A stretch of DNA of 64,000 nucleotides, taken from the NCBI RefSeq assembly GCF_009914755.1, contig NC_060944.1, one strand, 5' to 3'. How positions within the stretch are numbered: the stretch's first letter is position 1; each line of letters starts with the position of its first letter. Origin of the DNA: the human T2T-CHM13v2.0 reference genome, Homo sapiens. The notes under the pieces were generated by a model. The model saw only the letters and a list, made by a program, of their open reading frames with translations. It was not told the DNA's origin and ran no database searches. The position numbers and the translations under genes were made by a program. This document shows positions 1 through 28,524 of the stretch, one piece after another.

Positions 1-274
1 ACCTGCAGAGGAATGAGAGTTGGCTATTACCTGAAGACTGAGGGCTTCTGGTGTGTATTATACTCTACAGTAAAATGTAACATGCCTCAAAGAATTAGGA
101 TCCCGTAAGAGACATAACATAGTAGTTACTAAACCTAAAGTAAGCATTCCCCAAATCTCTTAGAACTCTGGTGTTATCACTATGAACCAAAGTTTAACAG
201 AGTTTACAGTCAGGTAAAAGAGGAAAGCATATGAGAATGGGATGAATACGTAACCTATTTAAAAGCTGCTTTTA

Positions 275-1035
<761 letters not shown>

Positions 1036-1355
1036 CACACCTTTAAGAATTTAAACTATTTCCTTAATTTCAGTACTGTAATGTCCTTAGCAATCTGGGC
1101 TGAGGTGAAACGTGTGGCTGGTATGAGCTGCCAAGATTGCTTTTTTCTAAACCAGCAGATGTTGTATAGCGTAAGGAAAAAAATATTTTGTAATCAAAAT
1201 CTGAAACCAAATTTGAATGGAAAAAATTGTAATGGAAGGAGTAATTTCAGTCTACTCTTTTTGCACTTCCTAATAAAAAGGAAAGCTTTAATCAGTCTAT
1301 AAGAATAAACACTACTAAGGACTTAACCAGAGAAGAATTTTCATATATACCAGAC

Positions 1356-1571
1356 CAGGATTTCTCAACCTCGGCACTACTGACAGTTTAGATCAGTGAA
1401 TTCCTTGTTCTAGGTGACTGTTCTGTGCATTGTAGATGTTTAGCATCATCTCTGGCCTCTATCCACTAGATGCCAGTGGCATCCCCTACCCAGTTTTGAC
1501 AATCAAAAATGTCTTCAGACATTGCCAAATGTCCCCTGCAGGACAAAACTGCCCCCAGTTGGGAACTACTG
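1356..1571. mobile_element. MER20 (hAT-Charlie MITE)
   Basis: CAGGATTTCTCAACCTCGGCACTA...GACATTGCCAAATGTCCCC...TTGGGAACTACTG. Degenerate 8-bp TSD TACCAGAC/CACTAGAC. Confidence 0.85.
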
Positions 1572-2296
1572 CACTAGACACATAGCAATATTATTTCACA
1601 TCAGATGTTTGTTTTCATGCCTCCCCCAGCTGCCTCACAAGAGCTGTCTGTCTCTTGTCCACTTTTATTTTGTCTATTCCAGTGTCTCCTGACCCATCTG
1701 GCATACAAGACATGATTCTAAATATGTGATATCAGAGATAGCTCCTGGGCAATAGCCCCCAGCAGCATCAACACAGGCAGAGTGTCTCAGTGCTACGGAG
1801 AGGGGAATATAAACAGAAATCCAGCATTGTAGTCACAGGCATCTTCATGAATTAAAGTCACAGAGAAAATAATTCCCAAAGACAGCAGGACAAAGAGCCT
1901 TTGTTCCTCAGCTGATAAGCCACAAGAAATCTTCCTTGTAGGAGCTGCCTGCAGGCCCATCCTTACCTCACAACTGAAGGTGCTTTCACAGGACAACACC
2001 ATGTAATCTGAACCGTTAGCATGTAGAGGCAATGGTCAATGAAGAGGAAAACCAGTACTTTGCCAAACAGAGATAAAGCCAAACACTGATGTTTACTTGT
2101 TTCTCTAAAGCTGAATTAGTAAATATACTCTGAAAACTACTTGTTGCTACTAAATATATCAGCAAAGAAAAAATGCCGTTTTTTTCATTCTTTAAAAAGC
2201 AAACATTTACTGGGGCTTTGGACTATTTTAAATTTTATTCCATAAGAAGACCATAAAATAAGGATCCAAATAAATAAACCTCTTACTCTTCTATCA

Positions 2297-2479
<183 letters not shown>

Positions 2480-3359
2480 CTACAGGGAGCAAATGAGCCA
2501 ATAATTTGCCCCTGCTTAGCAAAACCCTGATGATCAAGCTGAAGGACGCAGCTCAGACCAGTTTTGTGCCAGAAACCAAGCTAACCAATTCTGTGAAAGA
2601 AACAGGTCTCAGCATCAAGTACCTTTACTTGAATTCCAACGTCTTGTAATTGAGATAATCAAACAGCACAGATTATGGAGCCTGTTAATTTCTGAAAAGG
2701 ATTCATCTTGGAATGCTTTCAGTTAGCTTAAGAATAGGGGTCAGAAAAATCTTCACCTTTCAAAGAGATCTTTACCAAAACACTTGGGATCAAACAAAGG
2801 CAGATTAAGGTGGCTTGACAAGAACCCAATAATGTGAAGAAGAGGACAAGTGAGTGGAACCACAAACACCCATCACTTTACAATTATGAGGCTCAAGGTC
2901 TAGCACTGTACTAGATGCTGGGGTATGGTGGTGAACATGCCTGCAAATGACCCTCATGAAGCTTACAGTCTAGAGGAGCTGAATTAGAGACAAATAAAAA
3001 GGAAATTAAACAATACTGTCTTCACTACCATCTCTCAATGCTTTAGGTATATATTTATTACCTAGGTCCTGATGTCTGTGAAGTCTCAGAGTATGGCTCT
3101 GGGCAAGAGGGACATGTCATGGCAGGAGGCAGCTATATATGTGAGGCTAAAAGAAGGGCTTAAGGCAGAAGTAGCTCCAAAAATGGGCTTCCTATCTCAC
3201 TGATAGCTCATCTAACCTCATTAAAACAGCAACAAATTTCGGGGGAACAAGAACTAGGAGGACACCAACTCACAGCTTATTTCACATTGCTACTATTACT
3301 AATACCTTCCTGTGAACAAAAAAAGCCAAGTTGCCCAAGCCCTGAGTCCCACCTTGTTA

Positions 3360-3698
<339 letters not shown>

Positions 3699-4214
3699 TC
3701 AACAGAGGATGAAGCCAAAGTCCCTCTCTCATGGTCAATGGTGGAAAGGATTAAGACTCAGCAGCTGACTCCAAGAACTTCCAATGACTTTTCATGTTTT
3801 GAAGATTTTTCAAATAAGAGTTTCCATACTGATCACCCCACTTGTGGTCCTCATCAGTCTGTCTCAAAAACAAATGCAAACTAAACCCCCAAACTGGCCT
3901 GAGAACCTAAACAAAGCTCTAATTCATCCTCACAGCTATCCATATAGGGAGTGTCAGCAGAGAATACTTGCTTCCATTTCTGTGTAGACCTATTATTCCT
4001 TCAGCCCTAGGGACAGCCGTTTGCTCAAGCAAAATGTGAGGCACTCTCAGACATTCACATTACTTCTAAGGACCCCATTCTCTCCATGCCCATCCCCTCC
4101 TTCCCAGAAGCTCCAGAGAGAGGCGCCCGATTTCCTGCTCAAGACTGATTCTTCCACCTGGTCTCCTCATCATCTCCAGGTCCAGGATCTGCCTCTAATA
4201 CTCATTCCCTAACA

Positions 4215-5040
<826 letters not shown>

Positions 5041-5174
5041 GCCCTGCTGGATTCTTTTTGACGTTCCTATGCCCCAACTCATTCATTCCATGACTTGGCG
5101 CTCTTCATCACTATCTTCCATGAAGAGTTTCATAGTCTTCCATGTGATATCAAAACTAGACAAAGATAGTACCA

Positions 5175-5385
5175 AAGACTATACTTTCAGGGATCATTTC
5201 TGTAGTTCATTATTAGAGAGGTCTCTCTGAATGAGTAGAGCACTAGAAACCACAGAAGGAGGCACAGTGGTCTCTCCTGAGCATAAAGCTGGTTTTTGAT
5301 GTTGCTTTGCTGCAACTGCCATTCGTCACTGATGACTGTTTTCTTCCTCTGGGAGAGTAAGAGGGAGAGGACACTATCTGAGTGT
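5175..5385 (+). pseudogene. U3 snoRNA retrocopy (pseudogene), near full length
   Basis: Starts AAGACTATACTTTCAGGGATCATTTCT (U3 5' end, boxes A'/A). Box C TGATGA at ~5330 and box D CTGA at ~5378; ends TCTGAGTG. Diverged, inserted in L1 ORF2 sequence, followed by an A-rich tail. Confidence 0.9.
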
Positions 5386-8300
5386 TTCCTCTTTAATCAT
5401 CAGTCAAAAACAAAAAGTATCAAAAAGAGAAAGAAACCTACAAACCAAAATCCATCATGAATATAAATGTAAACATCCTGCCTTTTTTTTTTTTTTTTAA
5501 AGAGATGGGGTCTCATTAATGTTGCCTAGGCTAGACTCGAACTCCTGGGCTCAAGCAATCCTCCCTCCTCAGCCCTCCTGAGTAGCTGGGATTACAGGCA
5601 TGCACTACCACACCTGGGAAAATTTTTTTTAATTAAATGTAAACACCCTTAACAAAATACAGTAAGTAAAATTCAGCAACATGTAAAACAACTATACACT
5701 AGGACCAAGTGGAATTTATCACAGAGATACTCGAGGCTGGTTCATTATTCATGAATCCATCAATGTAATCCCTCATATTAACAGGCTAAAGAAGAAAAAT
5801 CACACAACCAAAAAACTGATGCAGAAAAATCACTTAATAAAAGTCAACACCCATTCATAATAAAAACACTCAGAATTGATGGATATCCCAACTACACTAA
5901 TTTGATCTTTATAAATTATATGAATGTACCCTGAAAATGTGTGTCTCTATTATGCATCAATTAAAAAAACAGAAAAAAAGCCACTCAGAAAACTAGAAAT
6001 AGTTTCCTCAACTTGATAAAGATCATTTAAAAAACCCACCAAGCAAAGTTTGTAATTACACATAATGGTCAAAGTCTGAATGTTTTTCCTCTAAGGTCAG
6101 GAAGAAGATGAGCATGTCTACTCTCATTATTCCTATTTAACATAATACCGGAAGTTCTAGCCAACAGAATAAGGCAATAAAAGGAAGTAAAAGACACATA
6201 GACTGAAAAGACAGAAAGAAAACTGTTCCTATTTGCAGATATGTCCTATTTGTAGATGACATGATGGTCTCTGTAGGAAATCTTAAGGATTCTACCAAAA
6301 TTCCTAGAACTAATAAGTGAGTTCAACAAGGCTTCAAGATACAAGATCAACATATAAAAATCAATTGTAATTTTTTTTTTAGACACAGGGTCTTGCTCTG
6401 ATGTCCAGGTTGGAGTGCAGTGGTGTGATCATAGCTCACTGCAGTCTCTAACTCCCGGACTCATGGGCTCAAGCGATCCTCCTACCTCAGCCTCCCAAGT
6501 AGCTGGATCTACAGACACATGCCACCACACAAGCTAATTTTGAAAAAAAATTTTGGAGAGACAGGGTCTCACTTTGTTGCCTCCCTAGGCTGGTCTTGAA
6601 TTCCTAGCTTCAAGTGATCCTCCCACCTTGGCCTTCCAAAGTGATGGGACAATTGTAACTTTATAGAAAACCAAAATTTAAAATACAATACCATTTATAA
6701 TCTCTTAAAAATTAAATACCTAGTTATAAACCTAATAAAACATACACAGCACTTACATGTTAAAAACTACAAAACACTGATTAAAGAAATTAAAGAAGAT
6801 CTAAATAAATAGTAAGACATACCATGTTCATGGATTAGGAACCTCAACATAGTACTGATATCAATTCTCCCTAATGTGGTAAGTTTAACACATCCCTATG
6901 AAAATCCAGTATTTTTTATAGATGTAGAAGAGATTATTCTAAAATTTACATAAGCCAGGAACAGTGATACAGGTCTTAGTCTCAGCTACTAGGAGGCTAA
7001 GATGGGAGGATCACTTGAGTTCAGGAGTTCGAGGCCAGCCTGGGCAATATAGTGAGACCTCATCTCTTAAAAATAAAATAAATAAAACTCATAAGGAAAA
7101 GCAAAGGAACTACAATAGCTTAAAACTGTTTTGAAAAAGAAAAAGTGGGAGGAATCACTCTACCCAATGTCAAGACTTACTGCATAGCTAAAGTAATCAA
7201 GACTGAGTGGTACTGGCTAAGGGACAGACACATAAGTCAATGGAACAGATAGAGTAACCAGAAGCAGACCCACACAAGTACAACTAACTAATTTTTAACA
7301 AAGGCACAAAAGCAATTCAATGTTGGATGGATAGTCTTTTCAATAAGTAGGGCTAGAATAACTGGATATCTACGGGCAAAAATGTAAACCTCAACCTTAC
7401 ACATTATATACAAATTAAAGCATAGATCTAAATGGAAAATGTAAAATCATAAAATCTTTGGAAGAAAACAGAAGAAAATATTCTGGACCTAGGATTTGGT
7501 GAAGAGTTCTTACACTTGACACCAAAAAGTGTGATCCATAGGGAAAAAAAATGATAATGTGGACTTCATTACAATTTTAGTTTTGCTCTATGAAAGACTC
7601 TGTTGAGAGAATGAAAAGACAAGCTACTGACTGGGAGAAAATATCTGCAAACCACATATCTGAAAAAGAACCATATGTGGATACATAAAGAACTCTCAAA
7701 ACTCAATGGTAAAAAAAAAAAAATCCAATTAGAAAATGGGCAAAAGGTATAAAGAAACAATTTGTCAAAGAGGATACAGAAATGGCAGAGAAGCCCTATG
7801 ACAACATGTTCGACATCATTATCCATTATGGAAATGCAAATTAAAACCATGAGATATTACTATACCTCTATTAGAATGGATAAAATGAAAAACAGTGACT
7901 ACCAAACTGAGAATTCAGAGAAACTGGACCACTCATATATTTCTGAAAGAAATTACAGAAGACAGCAATAAATGAAAAGATACCCTCTGTTCATGCATTG
8001 GTAGACAATATCGTTAAGCTGTCAATGTTACCCAAAGCAATCTACACATTCAGTGTAATCCCTTCTCAAATCCCAATGATGTTTTTTACAGAAGTAGAAA
8101 AATCCATTCTAAAATTTATATGGAATCTCAAGAGACTCTGAATATCCAAAACAATCTTGATAAAGATTAAAGCTGTAGAACTCACACTCCTGATTTTAAA
8201 ACTTATTACAAAGCTACAGTCATCAACAGTGGGATACTGGCATAAGACAGATATACAGACCAATGAAACAGAATAAAGAGACCAGAAACAAACCCTCACA

Positions 8301-9313
8301 TACCTGGTCAAATGATTTTGACAAGGATGTCAAGACCACTCAATAAGAATAGTCTTTCAAACAAGTGGTGCTGGGAAAACTAGATATCTAAAGAATGAAG
8401 TTGGACCTCACCGTACACCATATAAAGAAATTAACTCAAAATGTATCAAAGACCTAAACATAAACATAAAACTATAAAACTTTTATAACAAAACACAAAG
8501 GAAAATCTTTGTGACATTCGATTTGGCAATGAATTCTTGAAAATGTCACCAAAAGCCCAGACAACAAATAAAAAAATATATAAACTGGACATTTAAAATT
8601 TAGAACTTCTGTGCATCAAATGACACAAGCAACAGAGTAAAAAGACAACCCATCTATATAACTCAACAACCATCACCAAAAATTCCTATTCGAAAATGGG
8701 CAATGAAGCCAGGCAGGTGGTTCATGCCTGTAATCTCAGCACTTTGAGAGGCCAAGGTGGGGGATCTCTTGAGCCCATGAGTTTGAGACCAGCCAGGGCA
8801 ACACAGGGAGACCCTGTCTCTACAAAAAGTAAAAAAAAAAAAAAAAAAAAATTAGCCGGATGTGGTAGCATGTGCCTGCGGTCCCACCTACTCATGAGGC
8901 TAAGGTAAGAGGATCATCTGAGCCCAAGAGGTTGAGGCTGCAGTGTGAGATGTGTTCACGCCACTGCACTCTGGTCTGGGCAACAGAGCAAGACTCTGTC
9001 TCAAAAAAAAAAAAAAAGAAAAGAAAAGGGCAAAGAACATTTCTCTGAAGAGGATATGCAAATGGCCAAGCACATGAAAAGAAACTCAACACCTCTAATC
9101 ATTAGAGAAATGCAAATCATAACCATAATTAAATATTACTTAATATCCATTAGTATGGCTACTATCAAAAAACTAGAAAATAACAAGTGCCATCAAGGAT
9201 TTGGAGAAATTAGAACCCTTGTGCACTACTGGTGGGAATGTAAAATGGTGCAACCACTATGGAAAACAGTATGGCAGTTTCTTAAAAAATTAAAAATAGA
9301 ATTACCACATGAT

Positions 9314-9437
9314 CTAGAAATTCCAGTTCTGGGTATAAATTCCAAAGAACTGAAAGCAGGGACTGAAAAAGATACCTAGAAATTCCAGTTCTAGGTATAA
9401 ATTCCAAAGAATTGAAAGCAGGGACTGAAAGAGATAC
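9314..9437 (+). repeat. 62-bp tandem duplication within L1
   Basis: CTAGAAATTCCAGTTCT(G/A)GGTATAAATTCCAAAGAA(C/T)TGAAAGCAGGGACTGAAA(A/G)AGATAC occurs twice. Confidence 0.9.
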
Positions 9438-9899
9438 CTGTATACCCATCTTCATAGAAGCACTATTTGCAACAGCCAAAAGGTGGAAGCAACCCAAAGT
9501 GATAAACAAAATGTGATACATACACACAATGGAATATTATTTAGCCTTAAAAAGGAAATTCTGACACATGCTACAATATGGATTAACCTTGAGAACATTA
9601 TGGTAAGTGAAATCCAGCCATAAAAGTACAAATTCTGTATGATTCTACTTTTCTATGAGGTACCCAGAATAGTCAACTTCACAGAGACAGAAGGTAGATA
9701 GAATGGTGGTTGCCAGGTGCTGGATGGGAGAGGGAATGGGGAGTTATTGTTTAATAGGTACAGCTTCAGTTTTGCAAGATGAAAGGTTGTGTGGATGGAT
9801 GGTGGTGATTTTAGTTTAACAATGTGAATGTCCTTAGTGCCACAGAATTGTACACTTAGAAGTAGTTAAAATGGTAAATTTTATGGCATGTGTATTTTT

Positions 9900-13118
<3,219 letters not shown>

Positions 13119-13949
13119 ATAAATTTTTTCAAACATATACCATACCCAGCAATGACACTGCCCTCTAACCCCCAGGTCTACCTGAGCATGTGGTCACCAA
13201 TGACTTTGTAAGTTCTACCTTTAGAAGACGCATAGACTCAGCAGACCCAATAATGCAGCTTACGTCAAAGATGCTGCTTTCATATTATAACTTATTTCTT
13301 ATTTTCCTTGGATTCAGACTCAGAATTTAGACATGATAGATGACTGATAGATGACAAAGAAGAAGAAACCAAGAGCTAAATAGATGTAGTTTGCCCAAGA
13401 TCACAAAGCTAAGTAAAGATTAACATCATCAGAACCTAAGTGAGCAGGTACCCTGACTCTGAACTTTTTCTTTCTGCTGAACCCCACTGTTTTCCTGACA
13501 ATAAAGCCAGTCGTGGGTACAATATATGTGAATTCTAAACAATCATCTCTGTTCTTCCCATCTTATATGTAAATAGTTAACTCACTGCTCACTGCTTTTA
13601 TAACAACTGTGCATGAACAGCCAGGTATGTTTTCTTGTTTGTTTATATTTCATTATCTTGCTTCCCTGGAAATGAAGAAAAAAATTGGAAATTTTATTTT
13701 TACCCAGTTTTTCTCCATGATTTATGCTTTCTTTATCTTGAAAATTAAACAATTAAAATACTAATATATTCTTCTTATATCCTGTACACTTTGTGTCTTG
13801 AATGTTTTACAAAGTGAATCCTCATATACCAATCTGATTCATCTCATCATAGAAAACTGACGTGAACAATTTGGTATGCAACTCTCAGTAATACATAGTT
13901 TTGGTGTTTTTCTGTTGGGGAAGTATTTGTTTTTACATAAGCAAAACAA

Positions 13950-16760
<2,811 letters not shown>

Positions 16761-16767
16761 AGGAATC

Positions 16768-17128
16768 TGATACGGTTTGCCTGTGTCCCCACCCAAATCT
16801 CATCTTGAATTGTAACTCCCATAATTCCCATGGGTCATGGGAGGAACCTGGTAGGAGGTAATTGAATCATGGGGATGGGTCTTTCCCTGTGCTGTTCCCA
16901 TGACAGCGAATAAGTCCCATGAGATCTGATGGTTTTAAAAATGGCAGTTTCCCTGCACAAGCTCTCTTCTCTTGTCTGCTGCCATGTGAGATGTGCCTTT
17001 CACCTTCCACCATGATTGTGAGGCTTCCCCAGCCACGTGGAACTGTGAGTCCAATAAACCTCTTTCTTTTGTAAATTGCCCAGTCTCAGGTTATGTGTTT
17101 ATCAACAGCATGAAAACAGACTAATACA
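16768..17128 (+). mobile_element. THE1 solo LTR (MaLR)
   Basis: TGATACGGTTTGCCTGTGTCCCCACCCAAATCTCATCTTGAATTG...GACTAATACA. TSD GAATC/GAGTC. Confidence 0.9.
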
Positions 17129-17269
17129 GAGTCCGTTACATTTTTTCAAAGAACTTGCTAAACTCTAATTAGTTCTAACAGTTTTGTCTATTGTCTTAAG
17201 TTTTCCAGTTAGTAAATCAAAGCAGTTTTCTCTCTTCCTTTTTTTATTTACAATTTATTTACAGTTTTT

Positions 17270-17877
17270 ATTTCAACTCATTAATTCATCAACTTTTTAT
17301 TGAGCACCTACTGTGTGCCAACTGTTCAGAGCACTGGGGATTTAGCAATAAATGAAAGGACAAAAAATCCTCGGAACAAAACCAGAACTTAATTTTAAGG
17401 GAGGGAGGCGTGAGAGAGGAGAGATAAACTAAATAAGTAAGTAAAATACACTTGTCATATGGTGGTAAGTGGGAGGTTGTGAGTCCTAAGAGGAGGGTAG
17501 AGTGCAGTTTAAAAGCAAGATCAGGAAAGGCTTCATCAAGAATACCTTTGCATAAAGACCTAAAGGAAGTGAGAGCACAAGCTATGCAGCAAGGGCAAAG
17601 GCCCTGAAGGGAGTGTCACTGAGCCGGTATGGCTGGAGCAGAGTAGGTGAGGAAGAGAGTTGCAGGAGATGAAGAGGAAAAAAAAAACTATGTGTGTAGG
17701 GGGGAAGATTAGTTAAGGTCTAGTACTTGATTATTTCAGCTTTTACTTGTAGTGCTTAGAGTGCTTCAAAAAGAGGTATGACATACATTTTAATAATATC
17801 ACTCTATTTGCTGTGTTGAAAACAGACTGAAGGGCGATAAAAGTTGAACCTGAGAGACCGATTAAGACTCTACTGCT
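17270..17877 (-). mobile_element. L2 fragment
   Basis: TTTATTGAGCACCTACTGTGTGCCAA...AAGGCCCTGAAG..., a typical L2 3' region. Confidence 0.7.
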
Positions 17878-18537
<660 letters not shown>

Positions 18538-18899
18538 TTATGATTATTGCTTTTGCTTATCTTATTAAATTAGCTGGAACCTTATTATATTAGTGGTTTA
18601 AATCAGGAATGAGTGTTAAATTTTAAGCAGATTTTTTTTGGGGGGGGGAACATCTACCAGTCTATTAACTTCATTAATAGATTTCCTAATAATGAACAAT
18701 TCTTGCATTTATTGGACAAAGCCTACATGTGCATGAAGTAGTACTGTTGTTTTACCATGCTTCTAGATTCAATATACTATTGTTTTACTTAACGATTTTT
18801 GCATTTGTAGCTCTCCTTTGTGCTTTCCTAATCAAGTACCAGGATTATGCCAGCCTCAGAGAATGAGTGGGAAAGCAGTTTCTGAGGACTATACTCCTC

Positions 18900-20830
<1,931 letters not shown>

Positions 20831-22101
20831 CACCTTATCTAAAATGGTTAAAACTCATGTCCGATGGCAATTCATGTCTACACCTATTTCATGAATTGGT
20901 ATGCATAAGACACTCTACAAACTAAATTCCAGAACTTCAGAAACTGTTACCCACCACAAATGGAAAATGTTATCTGAAGTTTGTTCACTATATTCCAGTG
21001 TATACAACACTTTATTTTCCATTTTCTTCCTTCTCTCTGGCATTCTCTGAATATTTCCTTACAGAATCTGTTCTTTGTAAAGTCAGTTTCACAAGTCTTC
21101 AATCACAAAGCATTCACAATTCCTTTCCTTCACTTATTTGACCATTAAAAACATGCTAAATCTAAATGCAATGTGAAATCCTGAGTTGGATCCTGGAACA
21201 GAAAAAGAATGTGTGGAGAAACCGAGAAAATTCAAATAAAAGCTGGAGTAGTAAACTCCAAGTAAACAAAAGTTTACTAAGTAAACAAATCTATTATACC
21301 AATATTAATCTCTTAGTTTTGATAAATGCACCAGGGTTATATGTAAGATCTTAATATTAGGGGAAGCTGCGTGAAGAGTATATAGGAACACTCTGCACCA
21401 CTTTAGAAATTCATCTATAAATTTAAAATTATTTCAAAATTAAAAGTTAAAAACAAAAAGAATGCCAAATGAGCTGCCTTTTCTTCAAACCAGAGCTAAA
21501 AATCACAGATAACAATTTTAAATATCCAAGTTGCAAACCCTGCTTTGCTTTTCTTTCTTTTTTAAAAATTTTAGGGCAAAAACAATAATTTAAGCTGTGT
21601 TACTTAAAGGGCATTTGTGTCTCATTCACTCCCCTCTCCAAAGGTCAGAACCTCAGAGAAGACCCCACAAGCTGTGAAACATTGTTAAGATATTGTGTAC
21701 TATTAATGCCACAACACTCACTAAATAAGAGTCCTCAGTATACTGTCATCCCAGATACAAGTGAAAAGGAAGTTATATATAGGCCTCTATCCCTGGACCA
21801 GAAATAAAGCCATACAAGTCTAAGTAAGCATACCCTTTTTACTTCTACAGGCACCACACCAAGCCTTCCTGGCCAGCATCCAAGTAAACTGGAGGCTGAA
21901 GCTTCACATTTTCAGGTATTCCAGGGCATTGGCTTGCTTTGCATTTTGAATTTTCTTAAGGCTGGGACCATCTGTACCGTAGTTATTACTTCCGTAGATC
22001 TGTAAACCCTCCAAGAGAATGAGGGGTAATGGCAACTAGCTAAGAAACACCTGAAGAGATAACTAACCTCTGTGAGGCTTTAATTAAAGTGCTTTCTCTA
22101 G

Positions 22102-26118
<4,017 letters not shown>

Positions 26119-28127
26119 TGCTTAAAGAGAAGCCTCTCATTCTGAGTAACAATATTTTAATTCTTGATCTCCATTCTCCATCTGTGAAAATGAACTACCG
26201 TGCTAGAACCATACACTTGCAGAGTACTATCTATGGGTCTTAGGAATGTCACTTCACCAGTTAGGTTTGCCCCTTCCATCACTCAGCAGTCAGCAGCAAA
26301 GCCATATATGGGTGACAGGAAAGTGCTAGTAACATTCAATGTCAAGAGTAAGGGAAAGGCTTGAATGGGCAAGAAAAGCACGTTCAATCATGTAGAAGTG
26401 GGGAAAGGAGGGAAGCCTTCAGCAAATTTCTTTCACCAAAGGTATTGGGGGCAGCTAGGCCTTGGGGTTCCTTGCACTATTCCTTGTCTGAAATCAAATT
26501 TTATTCAAACCACTTGATAGAAGATTTGGAGTTCGGGTATGATCAGTAAAGTGAGCCAGCATACTTCTTTGAACATAGAATCACTACCTTTAAAAGAATA
26601 AATAAAAAGCACATGGCCATGCTACTAAAAACAAGAAAGGCAGCATTTAAGAGACAGATTCTAAGGTAGAGATGATTTTTTTCCCCCTAAAGATCTCAAC
26701 AGACTCAAATCCAAATTCCTAAGCTCAAGATGATCTGGGATAAACCTCAAGTCCACACAGAGCCTAGATTTAACGGATGGCTGTTCTAAAGTATCCTATG
26801 CAATGTCTATACAAGTTCAAATACTTTCTGCTTCAGACAGTGAAACTGGCAGAAATGTTGCAAAGGATTGGAGATGCGTTACTATAAGCAGTTAAACTTG
26901 GAACTGTAAAGCCCACAAGGAATTACACTGAAGGGCAGAGCAGGAGTTCAAAAATGTCACCTGACAGATTCGAAGCAATTTAGGACTCCTAAATGCAATG
27001 TTTCATTGGTATCTACCCCCCACCTTCTCTATCCTTTATTTGTTCAACAAACATATACTGGATTCTGGGTTGTGGAAAGGAATGCAGGGAAGTAAAAAAG
27101 AAACAGGTTTCTAAGAATCAGTTTCTTGTTCTCCAATAATTTGGTCTAGTTAAAGCAAACAAACAACCCCAAAAATCAGATCAGCAAGCAAAGTTAAAAC
27201 ATATGCCTTAAGTACCATAACAAGAATATAAGAAAACTGTTTTAACATGTAGATTGGCAACCTCCTTTCAAGGGAACAATATATTTGCTTTGCTATGTGG
27301 CTAGAATAAGAAAAAGCAAACAACAACAAAACCCTCTCCTGTTTTAATGACAGTTTAGCAGTACCAAAGCTCATCGCTCGCATTCCCCCTCTCCCTCTCC
27401 TTCTCAAAGGTCTCTGCTGCAACCCCTCCATCATTCCAACCTCCACACTGCGCCGGCGCCCCACACCAGCTCCATCACAAACAATGCCCAGACCAACAAG
27501 ATCAGCACCAAACGCATAGGGCACAGAAATCGGAAACGGATCTTCCTATATCTAAAGGGGGCGGGGAACGCTCCCCACGATCACCCCCTCCCCATACTGA
27601 GGTAGCTTGGGACTGTGTCTCTACGGTAAGGGGCCTGGCGTCCGCCGCTTTCGGAGGTTCTAGGCCTCTTTCCCCTATTTATCCAGTTTTTCCTCCTGCG
27701 TCCCTAATACCTCTACTTCCTCCCAACCCGAGCTCCCTATTGTGGAGTGAGGGGGCGTCGCGATGCAGGCTGAGGCAGGGGGAGCTGGGGAAACGCGCGA
27801 CAGGGGAGATGCTGTCATTATGTACGTAGGGGGCGGGGGACACTCTTTAAGGAAGCCGTTGTCAAGGGCAAAGGCTCTAGAGACCCACGGGAGGGGGCTT
27901 TCTAGGTAATCCATTTGGGGGTTCTACACGAGGGAGCTATTGTGTGTGTGGAGGTGTGAGGTCTGTAGAGTAGCAGTTTCTGAGGGAAACATTCCCTGGG
28001 GAAGGCGAGTGAGTTATTCATAGGGAAGCCTCTGTGGGGTTCTGTGTAGAAGAATCCTTCCTGGGAGAAACGTTCTATGGGGGTGAGGACGTCATAACAG
28101 TGTCTTCACAGGGAATCGCTGTCCCTA

Positions 28128-28224
28128 GGGAAGCCATTGTGGGGAAACCGTTGCAGGGTTGTCTGTGGGGGAGCCATTGTGGGGAAACCGTTGCGGGGTT
28201 GTCCAAAGGGGAGCCATTGTGGGG
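28128..28224 (+). repeat. 40-bp tandem repeat, ~2.4 copies, in intron 1 near the exon 1 donor
   Basis: GGG(A/G)AGCCATTGTGGGGAAACCGTTGC(A/G)GGGTTGTC repeats at 28128, 28168 and partially at 28208. Confidence 0.9.
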
Positions 28225-28230
28225 CCTCTA

Positions 28231-28524
<294 letters not shown>

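Larger units (their letters stand above)
5140..9897 (+). mobile_element. Old L1M (L1MB-like) ORF2/3' UTR fragments, probably two nested copies, interrupted by U3, FLAM/AluJ elements
   Basis: L1 ORF2-like sequence (e.g. GTGCACTACTGGTGGGAATGTAAAATGGTGCAACCACTATGGAAAACAG) and an L1MB 3' end near 9840-9895. ORF2 restarts at ~7970. Alus at ~5483-5620, 6371-6650, 6954-7087 and 8707-9026. Confidence 0.85.

Noticed and set aside
8945-9379. 144-aa ORF with L1 ORF2 C-terminal motifs
   Set aside because: Decayed L1M fragment fused to an Alu tail.
28128-28224. Repeat-spacer-like appearance (CRISPR-like)
   Set aside because: A simple tandem repeat in mammalian DNA with no unique spacers or cas genes.
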